From positions 608,001 to 672,000 of the forward strand of contig JAKFBS010000001.1 in NCBI GenBank assembly GCA_036677065.1: a stretch of 64,000 nt of DNA. Reading direction: 5' to 3'. The position numbers and the translations under genes are program-made. Under the pieces are notes generated by a model. That model ran no database searches. It was not told the origin of the DNA and saw only the letters and a list, made by a program, of their open reading frames with translations. The stretch comes from Bdellovibrio sp. (GTDB lineage: Bacteria; Bdellovibrionota; Bdellovibrionia; Bdellovibrionales; Bdellovibrionaceae). Shown piece after piece: positions 37,564 to 47,672 of the stretch. The stretch's first letter is position 1. Each line of letters begins with the position of its first letter.

Positions 37564-39750
37564 ATGTTGCAGCGTAGTTTAATCCTTACATTATTGTTAT
37601 TTGTTCAAAATTTGCAGGCTGCAAGTTTTGAGATCATCAATGCAACAGGTGGAAGTTATACTGAGACCGATAGCAGCGGTAACATCACTTTGTACGGCGG
37701 CTTAGCCGGAACTTGCGCAAGCCCTTCATCAACATCAACTTGTAACACCTGCACTGACACTTCAGTTCCGCCAGTAGCTTGTAACCCGACGGCTATTAAT
37801 GGCACTTTAAATATTGGTATTACCGTTCGCACTGGTACAGCGATTCCAGTTGCAGGAGCTAAAGTTCGTGTTTACACCGAAACTTCTAGTGCTAACCGCG
37901 TTCAGATTGGTCTTGATGGCACAATCCCGGCGACAGCAGCGAGTTCGACGGTAACTATTCCGGTGACTTTTAACTGGGGCAACATTTGCCAGAATGACTC
38001 TCGCTTCTCAAATACAACATGTGTGGTCGCTTCGCCAGGTCCAAGTAATGGAACTGCATTTGAAACTGCACGAAAAATTGTGATCGGTATCGACGAAAAT
38101 GGTGATGGCGATATCGATGAAGATGATGAAATTGAAACGATGCCTATAAAATATCATTATCTTGATTCGACTCAAGCGTCGGTTTCTCAACAATCAGTAT
38201 GTACTGCGACAGATAATTCAAAGTTAGGTGCTTGCGGATTTGCACTAGATGTTGGCGGCGACGAAAAACTATTTATGCGTGATGTGATTTTATCTTCATC
38301 AACGCCTTTAGTTCCTGCCGATGCACCTGAGTGGTACGGGGTTGCGTTCTTTTATCAAGATCAAACAGGACAAGCTTTAAATCCGGCTAACGTTTCAACC
38401 GGCACAAATCCACCGATCATTAAGACCTACGATACAACTGATTATAGTATTGATGCCACGTTAAGCGGTTTTACCAATTACCACGATTATTGTTTAATCA
38501 TGGGTAATATTAACAAATCACAAAATATTTTTTATTTAACCACTGGTGGAGTTTCCGCGGATAACTGCGGAACTCCTTCAGAGGTCGTAGGTCTGTTAGA
38601 TGATAAAAGCTGTTTTATTTCAACAGCAGCTTTTGGTTCAGATATGGCTTTAGAAGTTGAAACGTTTAGACGGTTTCGTAATCATTTTTTAATTCCGTAT
38701 GATTTTGGCCGTGATTTTATCAAAGCGTATTATGAACTTAGTCCACCAGCGGCCAATTTTATCGCCCAGTCTGAAGGGTTAAGGTTTGCTGCTCGCGTGC
38801 TTTTGTATCCTTTTTATTTTTTCTCGGTGTTAAGTCTTAAATTTGGCTTTTTATTCGCGCTCTTATCAGTCGTGATGACATTACTGTTTATTCGCCAATT
38901 GAAATTTTTTATGCAGATCTGGAAAAGCTTCGGTTTAAGTAACCGTTCACGCTTAAAAATCTGGATTCTTTTATTTTCATTAGCGTTTATTGCACAGTCG
39001 CGCTCATACGCTCAGATTTTTCCCAACGAAAAAAAGGTGCAAAAGCCGGGCGCCGAAGCTGATGGCTTAGTTAAAATTGATAAAGACGGCGTTTATATTT
39101 ATAAGCCTGAATTGCAAAACGCAAAACATTCAAGTCATGTGCGTTTCGGCATGGTTTCAAATCCGGATGTTGAATCAGAAATCTGTGACGAAAATGATTC
39201 AAACTGCCAGACAATTTCTTTTGATGACATCTACAGCGGCGCTTCAGGGGTGGGTTTTGAATATGTGTATGAGTACTTCTTTTTTACAGATAGCGGAACT
39301 AACTTCGGTAAATTAGGCGGCCAACTTGGTATTTCAGCAAGTTATGCTCAAGGCAACGGGCGTTTAGTTTCAAATTTAAGTACTGAATCAATCGAATCAT
39401 TTACTTTTTTAACGGTTCCGATGTTTGCAGGTGCTGTTTATCGTTTTGAATACCGTGATCGCCAAGTTTTGGTTCCCTATGCCGGTGGTGGCGGTGTTTA
39501 CACGGTTTTAGCCGAAAAGCGTGAGGACCGTTCGGACATTAAAGGGATTGGTGCTCCGGGTTTTTACGCCATTGGTGGCGGGCTATTAAATATCTCAGCC
39601 TTAGATCGTGATTTAGGGGCAGATTTCGAAGCTGAATACGATATTAAAAATTTATGGTTAAGTGCTGAATTCAAATTTATCAGCGTTAGCTCTGAAGCTT
39701 TTTCATTAGAAAATGGCTATGTCCAGGCCGGAATGGGTTTTGACTTCTAG
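37564..39750 (+). CDS. Secreted Cys/Thr-rich protein with CFI-box motif and C-terminal beta-barrel-like domain
   Basis: Signal peptide; SCFISTAAFGS...FRRFRN...YYELSPP; TM; beta-strand C-terminus ending GFDF. Confidence 0.7.
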   Translation: MLQRSLILTLLLFVQNLQAASFEIINATGGSYTETDSSGNITLYGGLAGTCASPSSTSTCNTCTDTSVPPVACNPTAINGTLNIGITVRTGTAIPVAGAKVRVYTETSSANRVQIGLDGTIPATAASSTVTIPVTFNWGNICQNDSRFSNTTCVVASPGPSNGTAFETARKIVIGIDENGDGDIDEDDEIETMPIKYHYLDSTQASVSQQSVCTATDNSKLGACGFALDVGGDEKLFMRDVILSSSTPLVPADAPEWYGVAFFYQDQTGQALNPANVSTGTNPPIIKTYDTTDYSIDATLSGFTNYHDYCLIMGNINKSQNIFYLTTGGVSADNCGTPSEVVGLLDDKSCFISTAAFGSDMALEVETFRRFRNHFLIPYDFGRDFIKAYYELSPPAANFIAQSEGLRFAARVLLYPFYFFSVLSLKFGFLFALLSVVMTLLFIRQLKFFMQIWKSFGLSNRSRLKIWILLFSLAFIAQSRSYAQIFPNEKKVQKPGAEADGLVKIDKDGVYIYKPELQNAKHSSHVRFGMVSNPDVESEICDENDSNCQTISFDDIYSGASGVGFEYVYEYFFFTDSGTNFGKLGGQLGISASYAQGNGRLVSNLSTESIESFTFLTVPMFAGAVYRFEYRDRQVLVPYAGGGGVYTVLAEKREDRSDIKGIGAPGFYAIGGGLLNISALDRDLGADFEAEYDIKNLWLSAEFKFISVSSEAFSLENGYVQAGMGFDF

Positions 39751-39789
39751 TCGATAGACTTCACACCACAACTATATTAAAAGCTCTCT

Positions 39790-40587
39790 ATGCCTAGAAT
39801 TAAATTTATCGTAAGCTATGACGGAACCGACTATTGTGGTTGGCAACGGCAAACGGCAACTCATGAAAACAACACCAAGCCCAGCGTTAGCCAGACGATC
39901 ACTAAGGCTTTAGAAAAAATATTTAAACACGATATTAATTTAAATGCCTCAGGCCGAACTGATGCTGGTGTGCATGCACTTAATCAGGTTTGTCACTTCG
40001 ATACGACTCGTGCTGAAGAGAAAATGATTGGCTGGGATTTGGGTTGGGCCCTGCAATCAAAACTTCCTGAATCTATAGTTATTAAAAAAGCGTGGATCGC
40101 TCCACCGGAATTTCACTCAACGATCTCGGCTGATAAAAAAACTTACCGCTACTTAGTCTTAAATACTCACACTCCCAGTGCTATTAATGCGCGTAACATG
40201 GGGTGGATGCGAAAGCCCATGGATTTAGACTATTTTAATGAGTGCACTAAATATATAATTGGTGAGCATGACTTCAAAAGCTTCCAATCTGTAGGCACTG
40301 TGGTGCCTCATACGGTGCGTACGGTGCACGAAGCTAAGTGGGAATGGCGTAATGAAAAAGTTGCTCAATTTACGATCACAGGCTCTGGATTTTTAAAACA
40401 AATGGTCAGAAATATCGTGGGAACGCAATTACTGGCATTTCGCAAGGACTGGAAGCCAGAAATTATGCAGGAGATCCTGATGGCGCAGGACCGCCGCAAA
40501 GCTGGTCCCCCAGCCGAAGCCCGGGGTCTTTATTTATTGCGAGTTTATTATCCCCAAGACCTTGACAATAGGTGCCGTCAACTTTAA
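39790..40587 (+). CDS. truA: tRNA pseudouridine(38-40) synthase
   Basis: YDGTDYCGWQ, SGRTDAGVHA, GFLKQMVRNIVG. Confidence 0.97.
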   Translation: MPRIKFIVSYDGTDYCGWQRQTATHENNTKPSVSQTITKALEKIFKHDINLNASGRTDAGVHALNQVCHFDTTRAEEKMIGWDLGWALQSKLPESIVIKKAWIAPPEFHSTISADKKTYRYLVLNTHTPSAINARNMGWMRKPMDLDYFNECTKYIIGEHDFKSFQSVGTVVPHTVRTVHEAKWEWRNEKVAQFTITGSGFLKQMVRNIVGTQLLAFRKDWKPEIMQEILMAQDRRKAGPPAEARGLYLLRVYYPQDLDNRCRQL

Positions 40588-40615
40588 AACACTCATTCTA
40601 TCTTTGGAGATATAA

Positions 40616-41062
40616 ATGAAAACTTGGAACGCAAAAACTGAAGAAACAGACAGACAGTGGTACGTTGTAGACGCTTCTGGCTTAAGATTAGGTCGCTTAG
40701 CGACTCACGTAGCAAATGTTTTACGTGGCAAAAACTTACCTACATTCACACCTAATGCTGACGCTGGTGGTTTTGTTGTTGTTATCAACTCTGACAAAAT
40801 TGAATTAACAGGTAACAAATGGAACACAAAAAAGTACTACAGACATTCTCGCTTTTTTGGATCATTAAAAGAAAAAACAGCTGAGATCATGAGAGCAGAA
40901 AATTCTGCATTCATTATCGAAGATGCAGTAAAAGGTATGTTACCAGTTAACAAACTTTCTAAAACATTAATTACAAAACTTAAAGTATACCCTGGTGCTG
41001 AGCATCCTCATGCTGCTCAAAAACCTCAAGCGCTTACAATCAAAGTTAAGACTACGAAATAA
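40616..41062 (+). CDS. rplM: 50S ribosomal protein L13
   Basis: WYVVDA..LGRLA, GMLP, HPHAAQKP. Confidence 0.98.
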   Translation: MKTWNAKTEETDRQWYVVDASGLRLGRLATHVANVLRGKNLPTFTPNADAGGFVVVINSDKIELTGNKWNTKKYYRHSRFFGSLKEKTAEIMRAENSAFIIEDAVKGMLPVNKLSKTLITKLKVYPGAEHPHAAQKPQALTIKVKTTK

Positions 41063-41070
41063 GAAGGTAA

Positions 41071-41478
41071 ATGAATATGGCAGCAGCAGCAGAAAAATTA
41101 TTTTATGCAACTGGTAGAAGAAAAACGAGCTCAGCTCGTGTTTACTTAAAACCAGGTAAAGGCAAAGTAACTATCAATGGTAAAGAATCAGATAGCTATT
41201 TAACTCGTTTACAATCTCGCATGGTGATCATGCAACCTATCGAACTATTAGGCCAAGCTGGTAAATTTGATTTACGAGTTATGGTTGCTGGTGGTGGTGA
41301 GTCAGGCCAAGCCGGAGCAATCCGTCACGGTGTTACTCGCGCATTAATTTTATTCAATCCTGAGTTCAAAGGTGAACTTAAAAAAGCTGGATTTGTTACG
41401 CGTGACCCTCGTATGGTTGAACGTAAAAAATACGGTATCCGTGGTGCTCGTCGTCGCGGTCAATACTCAAAACGTTAA
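41071..41478 (+). CDS. rpsI: 30S ribosomal protein S9
   Basis: [30 protein letters not shown]. Confidence 0.98.
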   Translation: MNMAAAAEKLFYATGRRKTSSARVYLKPGKGKVTINGKESDSYLTRLQSRMVIMQPIELLGQAGKFDLRVMVAGGGESGQAGAIRHGVTRALILFNPEFKGELKKAGFVTRDPRMVERKKYGIRGARRRGQYSKR

Positions 41479-41522
41479 TCGTTACGAGTTACCGAAAGAA
41501 ATCATTCCAAAGATGGTTTACG

Positions 41523-41555
41523 AAAAAACCCAATCGAAAGATTGGGTTTTTTTTT
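41523..41555 (+). terminator. rplM-rpsI terminator
   Basis: aaaaaacccaatc-gaaa-gattgggtttttttt. Confidence 0.9.
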
Positions 41556-42163
41556 GTTTAAAATAGGAAGCTTCATTCGAAGAGTTTCATTCTCCGTTCT
41601 CTTGTTAGTTTAGTTTTTCATTTTAAATTTTGTGGTTCGAACGGGTAAAGGGAATTGCTGTGCAATTCCCTTTATTGTTTGGGGAAGTGTTTTTTCTTTA
41701 TGGATACTTGGGTGGGTTTGTTGGTTGATGGGTGTTTGTTGTTAAACGTGTTTTTGGATTTTTAGATTGGGGTTTTATTTTTGTCCTGTAATTTGGTCTT
41801 GTTAGTTGGTTGAATTCGCTATTTTTTGTGTAGGTTTTTTCGTTGGGGCTTTGGTTTTTTGTTCAAAATCCTTGTCTCATTGCGAGATTTTGCTCGCCCT
41901 TGGTCCAGTTGTGCCGTAATCGGCTGGCTGTTTCCGGCAAGATTACGAAAAATTCGTGGTGCGGTAAGTTTGCGGAATTAGTGAGCATTTCAAAAGCCGA
42001 GGTTTAAATAAGATTGTGTGTAGAAAACTTAACAGCTTTTTGACAATATTGCTTTATTAAATCAAGTCCTGTTGCTAAACTGTATTCAAGTAACCGGTTA
42101 GACCTCAGAAATATTCTATAAGTGGGGTTTTATTTATAGGAATGGTTACTTGAAGGAGCACAA

Positions 42164-42487
42164 ATGTTAACAACACAGACAACAAACCAGATAGAGATCC
42201 TTGCTAAGTTCTTAAAAGAAAAACGTGTACAATCAGGTTTATCACAAAAAGACGTTGCAGAACGCTTAGGTTATTCAACTTCTCAATTCATTTCGAACTG
42301 GGAAAGAGGTATTTCTCACCCACCATTAAATACGTTGAGAAGTTTATCTCAGCTTTACAAAATCAACCCAGAAGAGATGTTTGAAGTCTTATTAAAGGCG
42401 ACAGTAGCTCAGGTTGAAGTAGATCTGAAAAAGAAATTCTATGCTGCTGCAACAACAGCTGCACCAGAAGCTGCGCACGGTTCTTAG
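42164..42487 (+). CDS. XRE-family HTH transcriptional regulator
   Basis: LKEKRVQSGLSQKDVAERLGYSTSQFISNWERG; SD AAGGAG. Confidence 0.9.
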   Translation: MLTTQTTNQIEILAKFLKEKRVQSGLSQKDVAERLGYSTSQFISNWERGISHPPLNTLRSLSQLYKINPEEMFEVLLKATVAQVEVDLKKKFYAAATTAAPEAAHGS

Positions 42488-42571
42488 TTCCCGAATTAAA
42501 AAGAGGCCGGACTTACGTCCAAGCTGACCGTGTCCGGGCTCTAAATAGCAAAAATTCTCTATCACATTTTG

Positions 42572-42618
42572 ACTCCCTCTAAAAATGGTTATAACCAGAT
42601 TTCGAGGGAGTTTTTTTT
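42572..42618 (+). terminator. Intrinsic terminator
   Basis: actccctc...gagggagt followed by T tract. Confidence 0.65.
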
Positions 42619-42681
42619 ATATAAATAAAAAAACATCTACATGTTATTCAGCGAAGTCCTATTTGTGCCGATATATTTTTT

Positions 42682-43215
42682 ATGAAGATTAAATACATTT
42701 TTCTATCAGTAATCGTGCTGTTGTTCTTTTATCAGAACTGTTCTCAGAAGCAGTATAATGAGAATGAAAATCGGCGAAGTCTAAGTGATCTTCAGATTGA
42801 AAAAGTAAGACTACATGATCAGGATCCGACAGAATTAATAAAAGGTTCAGCTGTCCCAGCCTTAATGAGTCGAAATCAATATTTGTTAGATTCTGCTACG
42901 GGCGTTCTTGATGAATACAATGGATCGGGTGATAAAGTTGCGACATATTGTTTAACGCAGGATCTGTTAACTGAAGCTCGCAAAATTCTTTCAAATTCAC
43001 AAGTGTGCAAGCCACTTCCGATGCCTCCTGAGACAGTGTGCGCAGCAGTTATTATTCCTCCTTGGGCAGAACTAATTACTCAAGACGAAGTTATTAAGCT
43101 AGGCTATGGTGGCTGTGATGGAGCTCTAAACCTTTGTGATGACCAATCGGTCGTTTTTAAGCAATGGATATATGATGTTCGAATGAGGCTACCACAACTG
43201 GTTTGTGGCCCATAA
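42682..43215 (+). CDS. YQNC-type lipoprotein, paralog 1
   Basis: FFYQNCS lipobox; Cys pattern shared with the next gene. Confidence 0.7.
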   Translation: MKIKYIFLSVIVLLFFYQNCSQKQYNENENRRSLSDLQIEKVRLHDQDPTELIKGSAVPALMSRNQYLLDSATGVLDEYNGSGDKVATYCLTQDLLTEARKILSNSQVCKPLPMPPETVCAAVIIPPWAELITQDEVIKLGYGGCDGALNLCDDQSVVFKQWIYDVRMRLPQLVCGP

Positions 43216-43325
43216 TTATCTCTGCTGAATTTTAACTAAAAATTGCACCTTTTTATCATTTAGAAACGTCTCATTTATGCCGATAGTCTATTGAGACGAA
43301 CTGGATCATGAAAAGGGGCATTAAA

Positions 43326-43889
43326 ATGAAAATTAAATCCATCATATTTTTAGTTGTCGTTTTATTTTTCTCATACCAAAACTGTTCGCAAACACAATTT
43401 GCTGACGAAACTTCACAAAAATCACAAAACGTTGTGAGCAGTCAGAAATTATCTGATCTGCAGGTGCAGAACTTAAAGTTTTTTACTGAAAAAGATTCTG
43501 AAATTCAAAAGGGCGACCATAAGTTTTACGTTAAAACTAAAACGTTATATTCGTTAGATACTGAATCTGGAGTTTTAGCAGAACATGATCAGGCGGCTGA
43601 TACCTTAAATACGTATTGCTTAAATACTGAATTACTAAGTGAAATTCGTTCTTTGATTTCGGGTTCATCGATTTGTCGTAGTGGCCCGTCAACGGCTGAG
43701 GCGTGTGCGCAAGTGATTACTGAGCCTTATGCTGAGCTGGTTACTGCAAGTGATCTGATTCAGTTGGGTTTAGCTTCAGATGCCTGTGGATCAAATAAAA
43801 TTGATCTTTGTGACGATCAATCCAGCGTTTTAAAAGGCTGGATTGAATCTGTTCATTCACAACTACCGCAACTTGGTTGCGGTATATAA
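43326..43889 (+). CDS. YQNC-type lipoprotein, paralog 2
   Basis: FSYQNCS; TYCL, LCDDQS and LPQLxCG shared with the previous gene. Confidence 0.7.
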   Translation: MKIKSIIFLVVVLFFSYQNCSQTQFADETSQKSQNVVSSQKLSDLQVQNLKFFTEKDSEIQKGDHKFYVKTKTLYSLDTESGVLAEHDQAADTLNTYCLNTELLSEIRSLISGSSICRSGPSTAEACAQVITEPYAELVTASDLIQLGLASDACGSNKIDLCDDQSSVLKGWIESVHSQLPQLGCGI

Positions 43890-43941
43890 TTTCATAAAAG
43901 GTAGGCCGTCCCTTTTTGGGGAGCAGCGTATTATTGCTGTG

Positions 43942-44730
43942 CTAATCGCAATGCGGAATTCCAATTTCTCCTTTATTGTAAGCGTCTAAATAAGTAGCTA
44001 AGCCCACCATAATTGTACCGGCTGCTGAACCGGGGGCAACAAACCCTGCTCCTACTGGCGGAATCACCAAGCCGCCAATTGCGGTGTTGGCCTCGACAAT
44101 TTTTGCCGCAACCCCTGCACCAAATGCTGCACCAGCAAGGATATTTAATTTCGCCGCAATTAATTGATGCGCTAAAATTAATAAAGCATTTCCTGCTACC
44201 GGCGCATCTAAAATGTCATCTAACTGAGAAGCTGTGTAGTTCACACTGCCTAAGGTCATTTGAACTGGAACTAAAATTGGTACTAAAGCTTGGCCTTGCG
44301 GACTACTTCCCCAAAAACCTTGGGTGCGCGTACAACCCTGATCATTCGGAGTTCTTATTCTATTACCAAATACCACCATATCACTGGAATCTTTTGGTGT
44401 GAGTTCTATTACCACACACTGTGGAGTTGTCGGTATCCAAGTTGGATCTACTGGTAAAACTTCACAAACGGTGTAGGTTTGAAGCGGAAGATTTGTAAAG
44501 TCATAACGACCTTGTGCATCGGTGAAATCAAAATTGTTATAGGGAGTACCGCCGACATTTTGAATGACAATTTTAAAGCCCGGTAAGCGAGGTTCGGCAT
44601 TGTCGACGCCATTGCCATTGAGATCATTAAATTTATGACCGTGAATTGTGCCCCAGGGAGCTGCGTGCGCAACAGTGGTAGCGAAAACTAAAATTAGAAC
44701 AGTAAAGATTTTGTTAACGAAAGATTGCAT
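43942..44730 (-). CDS. Secreted protein with SdrD-B/prealbumin-like domain and TxGFW / QLIAAKLN domain
   Basis: GHKFNDLNGNGV..EPRLPG, TDAQGRYDF; CTRTQGFWG; LAHQLIAAKLN. Confidence 0.7.
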   Translation of the reverse strand: MQSFVNKIFTVLILVFATTVAHAAPWGTIHGHKFNDLNGNGVDNAEPRLPGFKIVIQNVGGTPYNNFDFTDAQGRYDFTNLPLQTYTVCEVLPVDPTWIPTTPQCVVIELTPKDSSDMVVFGNRIRTPNDQGCTRTQGFWGSSPQGQALVPILVPVQMTLGSVNYTASQLDDILDAPVAGNALLILAHQLIAAKLNILAGAAFGAGVAAKIVEANTAIGGLVIPPVGAGFVAPGSAAGTIMVGLATYLDAYNKGEIGIPHCD

Positions 44731-44780
44731 GTGATTTTTTTTCCCTTCAGTGCAAAGAATTTTTTAAGAACTCTTTGCAC

Positions 44781-44797
44781 TGCCAGCTTTATGCCAA
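44781..44797 (-). promoter_or_regulatory. Possible sigma54 promoter
   Basis: TTGGCATAAAGCTGGCA gives GG-N10-GC about 50 bp upstream of the start at 44730. Confidence 0.35.
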
Positions 44798-44849
44798 GGG
44801 CTATAAAGATCACATGCTTGTGTTGCAAGGCGAGAAGGGGAATTAAGTC

Positions 44850-47609
44850 CTACGCAATTCCCAATTTCGTTTGTACGACTTTGTTAGCTTCATTGATTTT
44901 TGTGCGATCAGGTACAGCGCCTTGAGCGAAATCAGGTCTACCGCCACCTTTACCACCCAGCACTTGCGCGAAATCTTTTAATAAAGTTCCTGCTTGAAAC
45001 TGAGAAGTTAAATCTTTTGAAACAGAAATAATCACAGGATGAGTGGTTTCGCCTGAACCCATCACAATGACTACGCCTTTTTGGATTTTGTTTTTTAACT
45101 GATCTGTAATTTGCGCTAACACATCACGGTCATCTAAACCGACATCTGCAAAAACGTACTTTGCGGTCTCACCATTAGAGGTTGCAAAGTTCTGCGCCGT
45201 TTTTGCAATTTCATCAACGTTGATTTGGCTAGACTGAGCTTTTTTGATTTGTTTTTGTAAATCTTTAACTTCGTCTTTTTTAGCTTCGATCCATTCAACG
45301 ATTGATTTATCAGAAGCTAAACCTGTTGCTAAGCGCGCTTGTTTTATTTCTTCAGTGTTTTTCATGAAGAATTCAATTACAGCGTCTCCTGTAATTGCTT
45401 CGATACGACGAACGCCGGCACTTACGCCAGATTCAGAGATCACTTTGAAAGCTCTGATTTCAGCTGTGTTATGCACGTGGGTTCCGCCGCATAATTCGAT
45501 TGAGAATGGTTTTTCATTCGCAGATAAAACTGGCTGACCCATGGTTAATACGCGAACTTCATCGCCGTATTTTTCACCGAATAAGGCCATGGCGCCTTTA
45601 TCGATGGCTGCTTTGTGTGACAGCGTTTCAACTTGCACAGTGTGAGCGTGCGAAATTTCAGTATTTACTAATTCTTCGATTTTTTTAATTTCTTCAGAAG
45701 TTAGTGGTTTGTTATGCGTAAAATCAAAACGCGTTTTTGAGCTATCTACTAAAGAACCGGCTTGAGTTACGTGGGTGCCTAATACTAAACGTAATGCTGA
45801 GTGCATAAGATGAGTCGCCGAGTGATTGCTTGCTGTTTGGCGGCGTTCTTTTGATTCAACGTGTGCGTTTACAGAGTCTTGCGCTTTAAGTTCGCCAGTC
45901 ATCACTTCGATTTGGTGTAAGAACACTGAACCTTGCTTGATACAGTCGTGAATTTTAGCATCTACATTTAGCGACAGTAATAAACCATGGTCACCAGCTT
46001 GACCGCCGCCTTCAGCGTAAAAAGGAGTTTGATCTAAAATCGTATAACCAGTTTCGCCAGCTTTAAGTGAAGTCACTTCTTTTGAACCATTTGATAGCGC
46101 TAAAACTTTTGATTTAGAAACTAAGTGGTCATAACCAATAAATTTTGTCGGATTTTTTGAATGCGTTTGGCCGAATTCGATCACATGCTTTTCGTCAGCT
46201 TGTAATGATTTGGCTTTCCAAGATGATTTTGCTTTTTCTTTGGCAGCTTGCATGACTTTTTCAAAGCCAGCTTCATCAACAGCAAAACCTTGTTCTGCAG
46301 CCATCAGTGCAGTTAAATCGACCGGAAATCCGTAAGTGTCGTAAAGTTTGAAAATTGTTTCGCCAGAGATAGCTTTTGCTTTTGCAGCTTTTAATTTTTT
46401 GATCTCTTCCTGAAAAATCACTGTGCCGTTATCAAGAGTTTGTAAGAAGCGGGCTTCTTCGTCTCTGATTGTAGATAGAATGTGATCTTTGCGCGATTTT
46501 AATTCTGGATAAAAATCTGACATCGCTGTGATAAGCGCTTCAGACATTGGCATCAATAACGATTTATCAGTAGAGATTTTTCTTCCGTAACGGATTGCAC
46601 GACGCATGATACGGCGTAAGACATAACCACGGCCTTCATTTGAAGGAAGGGCTCCGTCAGCTAACAAAAATGAAGTCGATCTGCAGTGATCGGCTAATAC
46701 ACGAACTGCGGTTAGTTCTTCAAACTTTTGTTTTTGTTCTTCAGATAATTTGGCATCTGAATTTAAAGTTTTAATATTAGCGCGTTCCCATTTGATCATG
46801 TCGGCGTAATTTAATTTTGAGCCGGCTTTCGTTAAGCCAGTCGTAATAATTTCTTGAAATAAATCTGTGTTGTAGTTGTTCCAGCAGTCTTGAACCGCTG
46901 CAGTTAAACGCTCAAAACCAGAACCAGTATCTACCGATGGTTTTGGCAGTGGATTCATGACTCCTGGTGCTGTTTCTTCAAATTGCATGAATACCAAATT
47001 CCAGATTTCAACGTAGCGGTCTTCGCCGGCTTTGATGGATTCAAAAGGATCAGCGATTTTTCCAAAATCTGGGCCGTGATCGTAAAAAATTTCAGAACAT
47101 GGTCCGCACGGGCCGACATCGCCCATTCTCCAGAAGTTATCTTTTTCACCTAAACGAAAAATGCGATCTTTAGGAACGCCTTCTTGTTTGTGCCAGATAT
47201 CTGCGGCTTCATCGTCGTTTAAGAAAACGGTAACGTATAATTTTTCTTTTGGAATTTTTAATTCAACAGTCAAAAATTCCCAAGCATAGTGAATCGCATC
47301 TTTTTTGAAGTAATCGCCGAAAGAGAAGTTTCCTAACATTTCAAAAAATGTGTGATGGCGCGCTGTAAAACCCACGTTATCTAAATCGTTATGCTTACCG
47401 CCGGCACGAACACATTTTTGTGAAGTTACAGCCTTAACATAGTCGCGTTTTTCTAAACCTAAGAAACAGTTTTTAAACTGGTTCATGCCGGCGTTAGTGA
47501 AAAGTAAAGTAGGGTCATTCTCAGGGATCAAGCTTGAGCTTGAAACAGGGGTATGACCATTTTTTTTGAAATAATTAATAAATGCACTTCTAACTTCAGT
47601 ATTTTTCAT
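44850..47609 (-). CDS. alaS: Alanine--tRNA ligase
   Basis: LLFTNAGMNQFK, HHTFFEMLGNFSFGDYFK, HSATHL, ELCGGTH, GGGRPDFAQG. Confidence 0.99.
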   Translation of the reverse strand: MKNTEVRSAFINYFKKNGHTPVSSSSLIPENDPTLLFTNAGMNQFKNCFLGLEKRDYVKAVTSQKCVRAGGKHNDLDNVGFTARHHTFFEMLGNFSFGDYFKKDAIHYAWEFLTVELKIPKEKLYVTVFLNDDEAADIWHKQEGVPKDRIFRLGEKDNFWRMGDVGPCGPCSEIFYDHGPDFGKIADPFESIKAGEDRYVEIWNLVFMQFEETAPGVMNPLPKPSVDTGSGFERLTAAVQDCWNNYNTDLFQEIITTGLTKAGSKLNYADMIKWERANIKTLNSDAKLSEEQKQKFEELTAVRVLADHCRSTSFLLADGALPSNEGRGYVLRRIMRRAIRYGRKISTDKSLLMPMSEALITAMSDFYPELKSRKDHILSTIRDEEARFLQTLDNGTVIFQEEIKKLKAAKAKAISGETIFKLYDTYGFPVDLTALMAAEQGFAVDEAGFEKVMQAAKEKAKSSWKAKSLQADEKHVIEFGQTHSKNPTKFIGYDHLVSKSKVLALSNGSKEVTSLKAGETGYTILDQTPFYAEGGGQAGDHGLLLSLNVDAKIHDCIKQGSVFLHQIEVMTGELKAQDSVNAHVESKERRQTASNHSATHLMHSALRLVLGTHVTQAGSLVDSSKTRFDFTHNKPLTSEEIKKIEELVNTEISHAHTVQVETLSHKAAIDKGAMALFGEKYGDEVRVLTMGQPVLSANEKPFSIELCGGTHVHNTAEIRAFKVISESGVSAGVRRIEAITGDAVIEFFMKNTEEIKQARLATGLASDKSIVEWIEAKKDEVKDLQKQIKKAQSSQINVDEIAKTAQNFATSNGETAKYVFADVGLDDRDVLAQITDQLKNKIQKGVVIVMGSGETTHPVIISVSKDLTSQFQAGTLLKDFAQVLGGKGGGRPDFAQGAVPDRTKINEANKVVQTKLGIA

Positions 47610-47672
47610 AATAAATAACATACAAGGTTGGTCTGAAAGCTGCAATTAATTGATGTTATGCGAGGTGATTTT

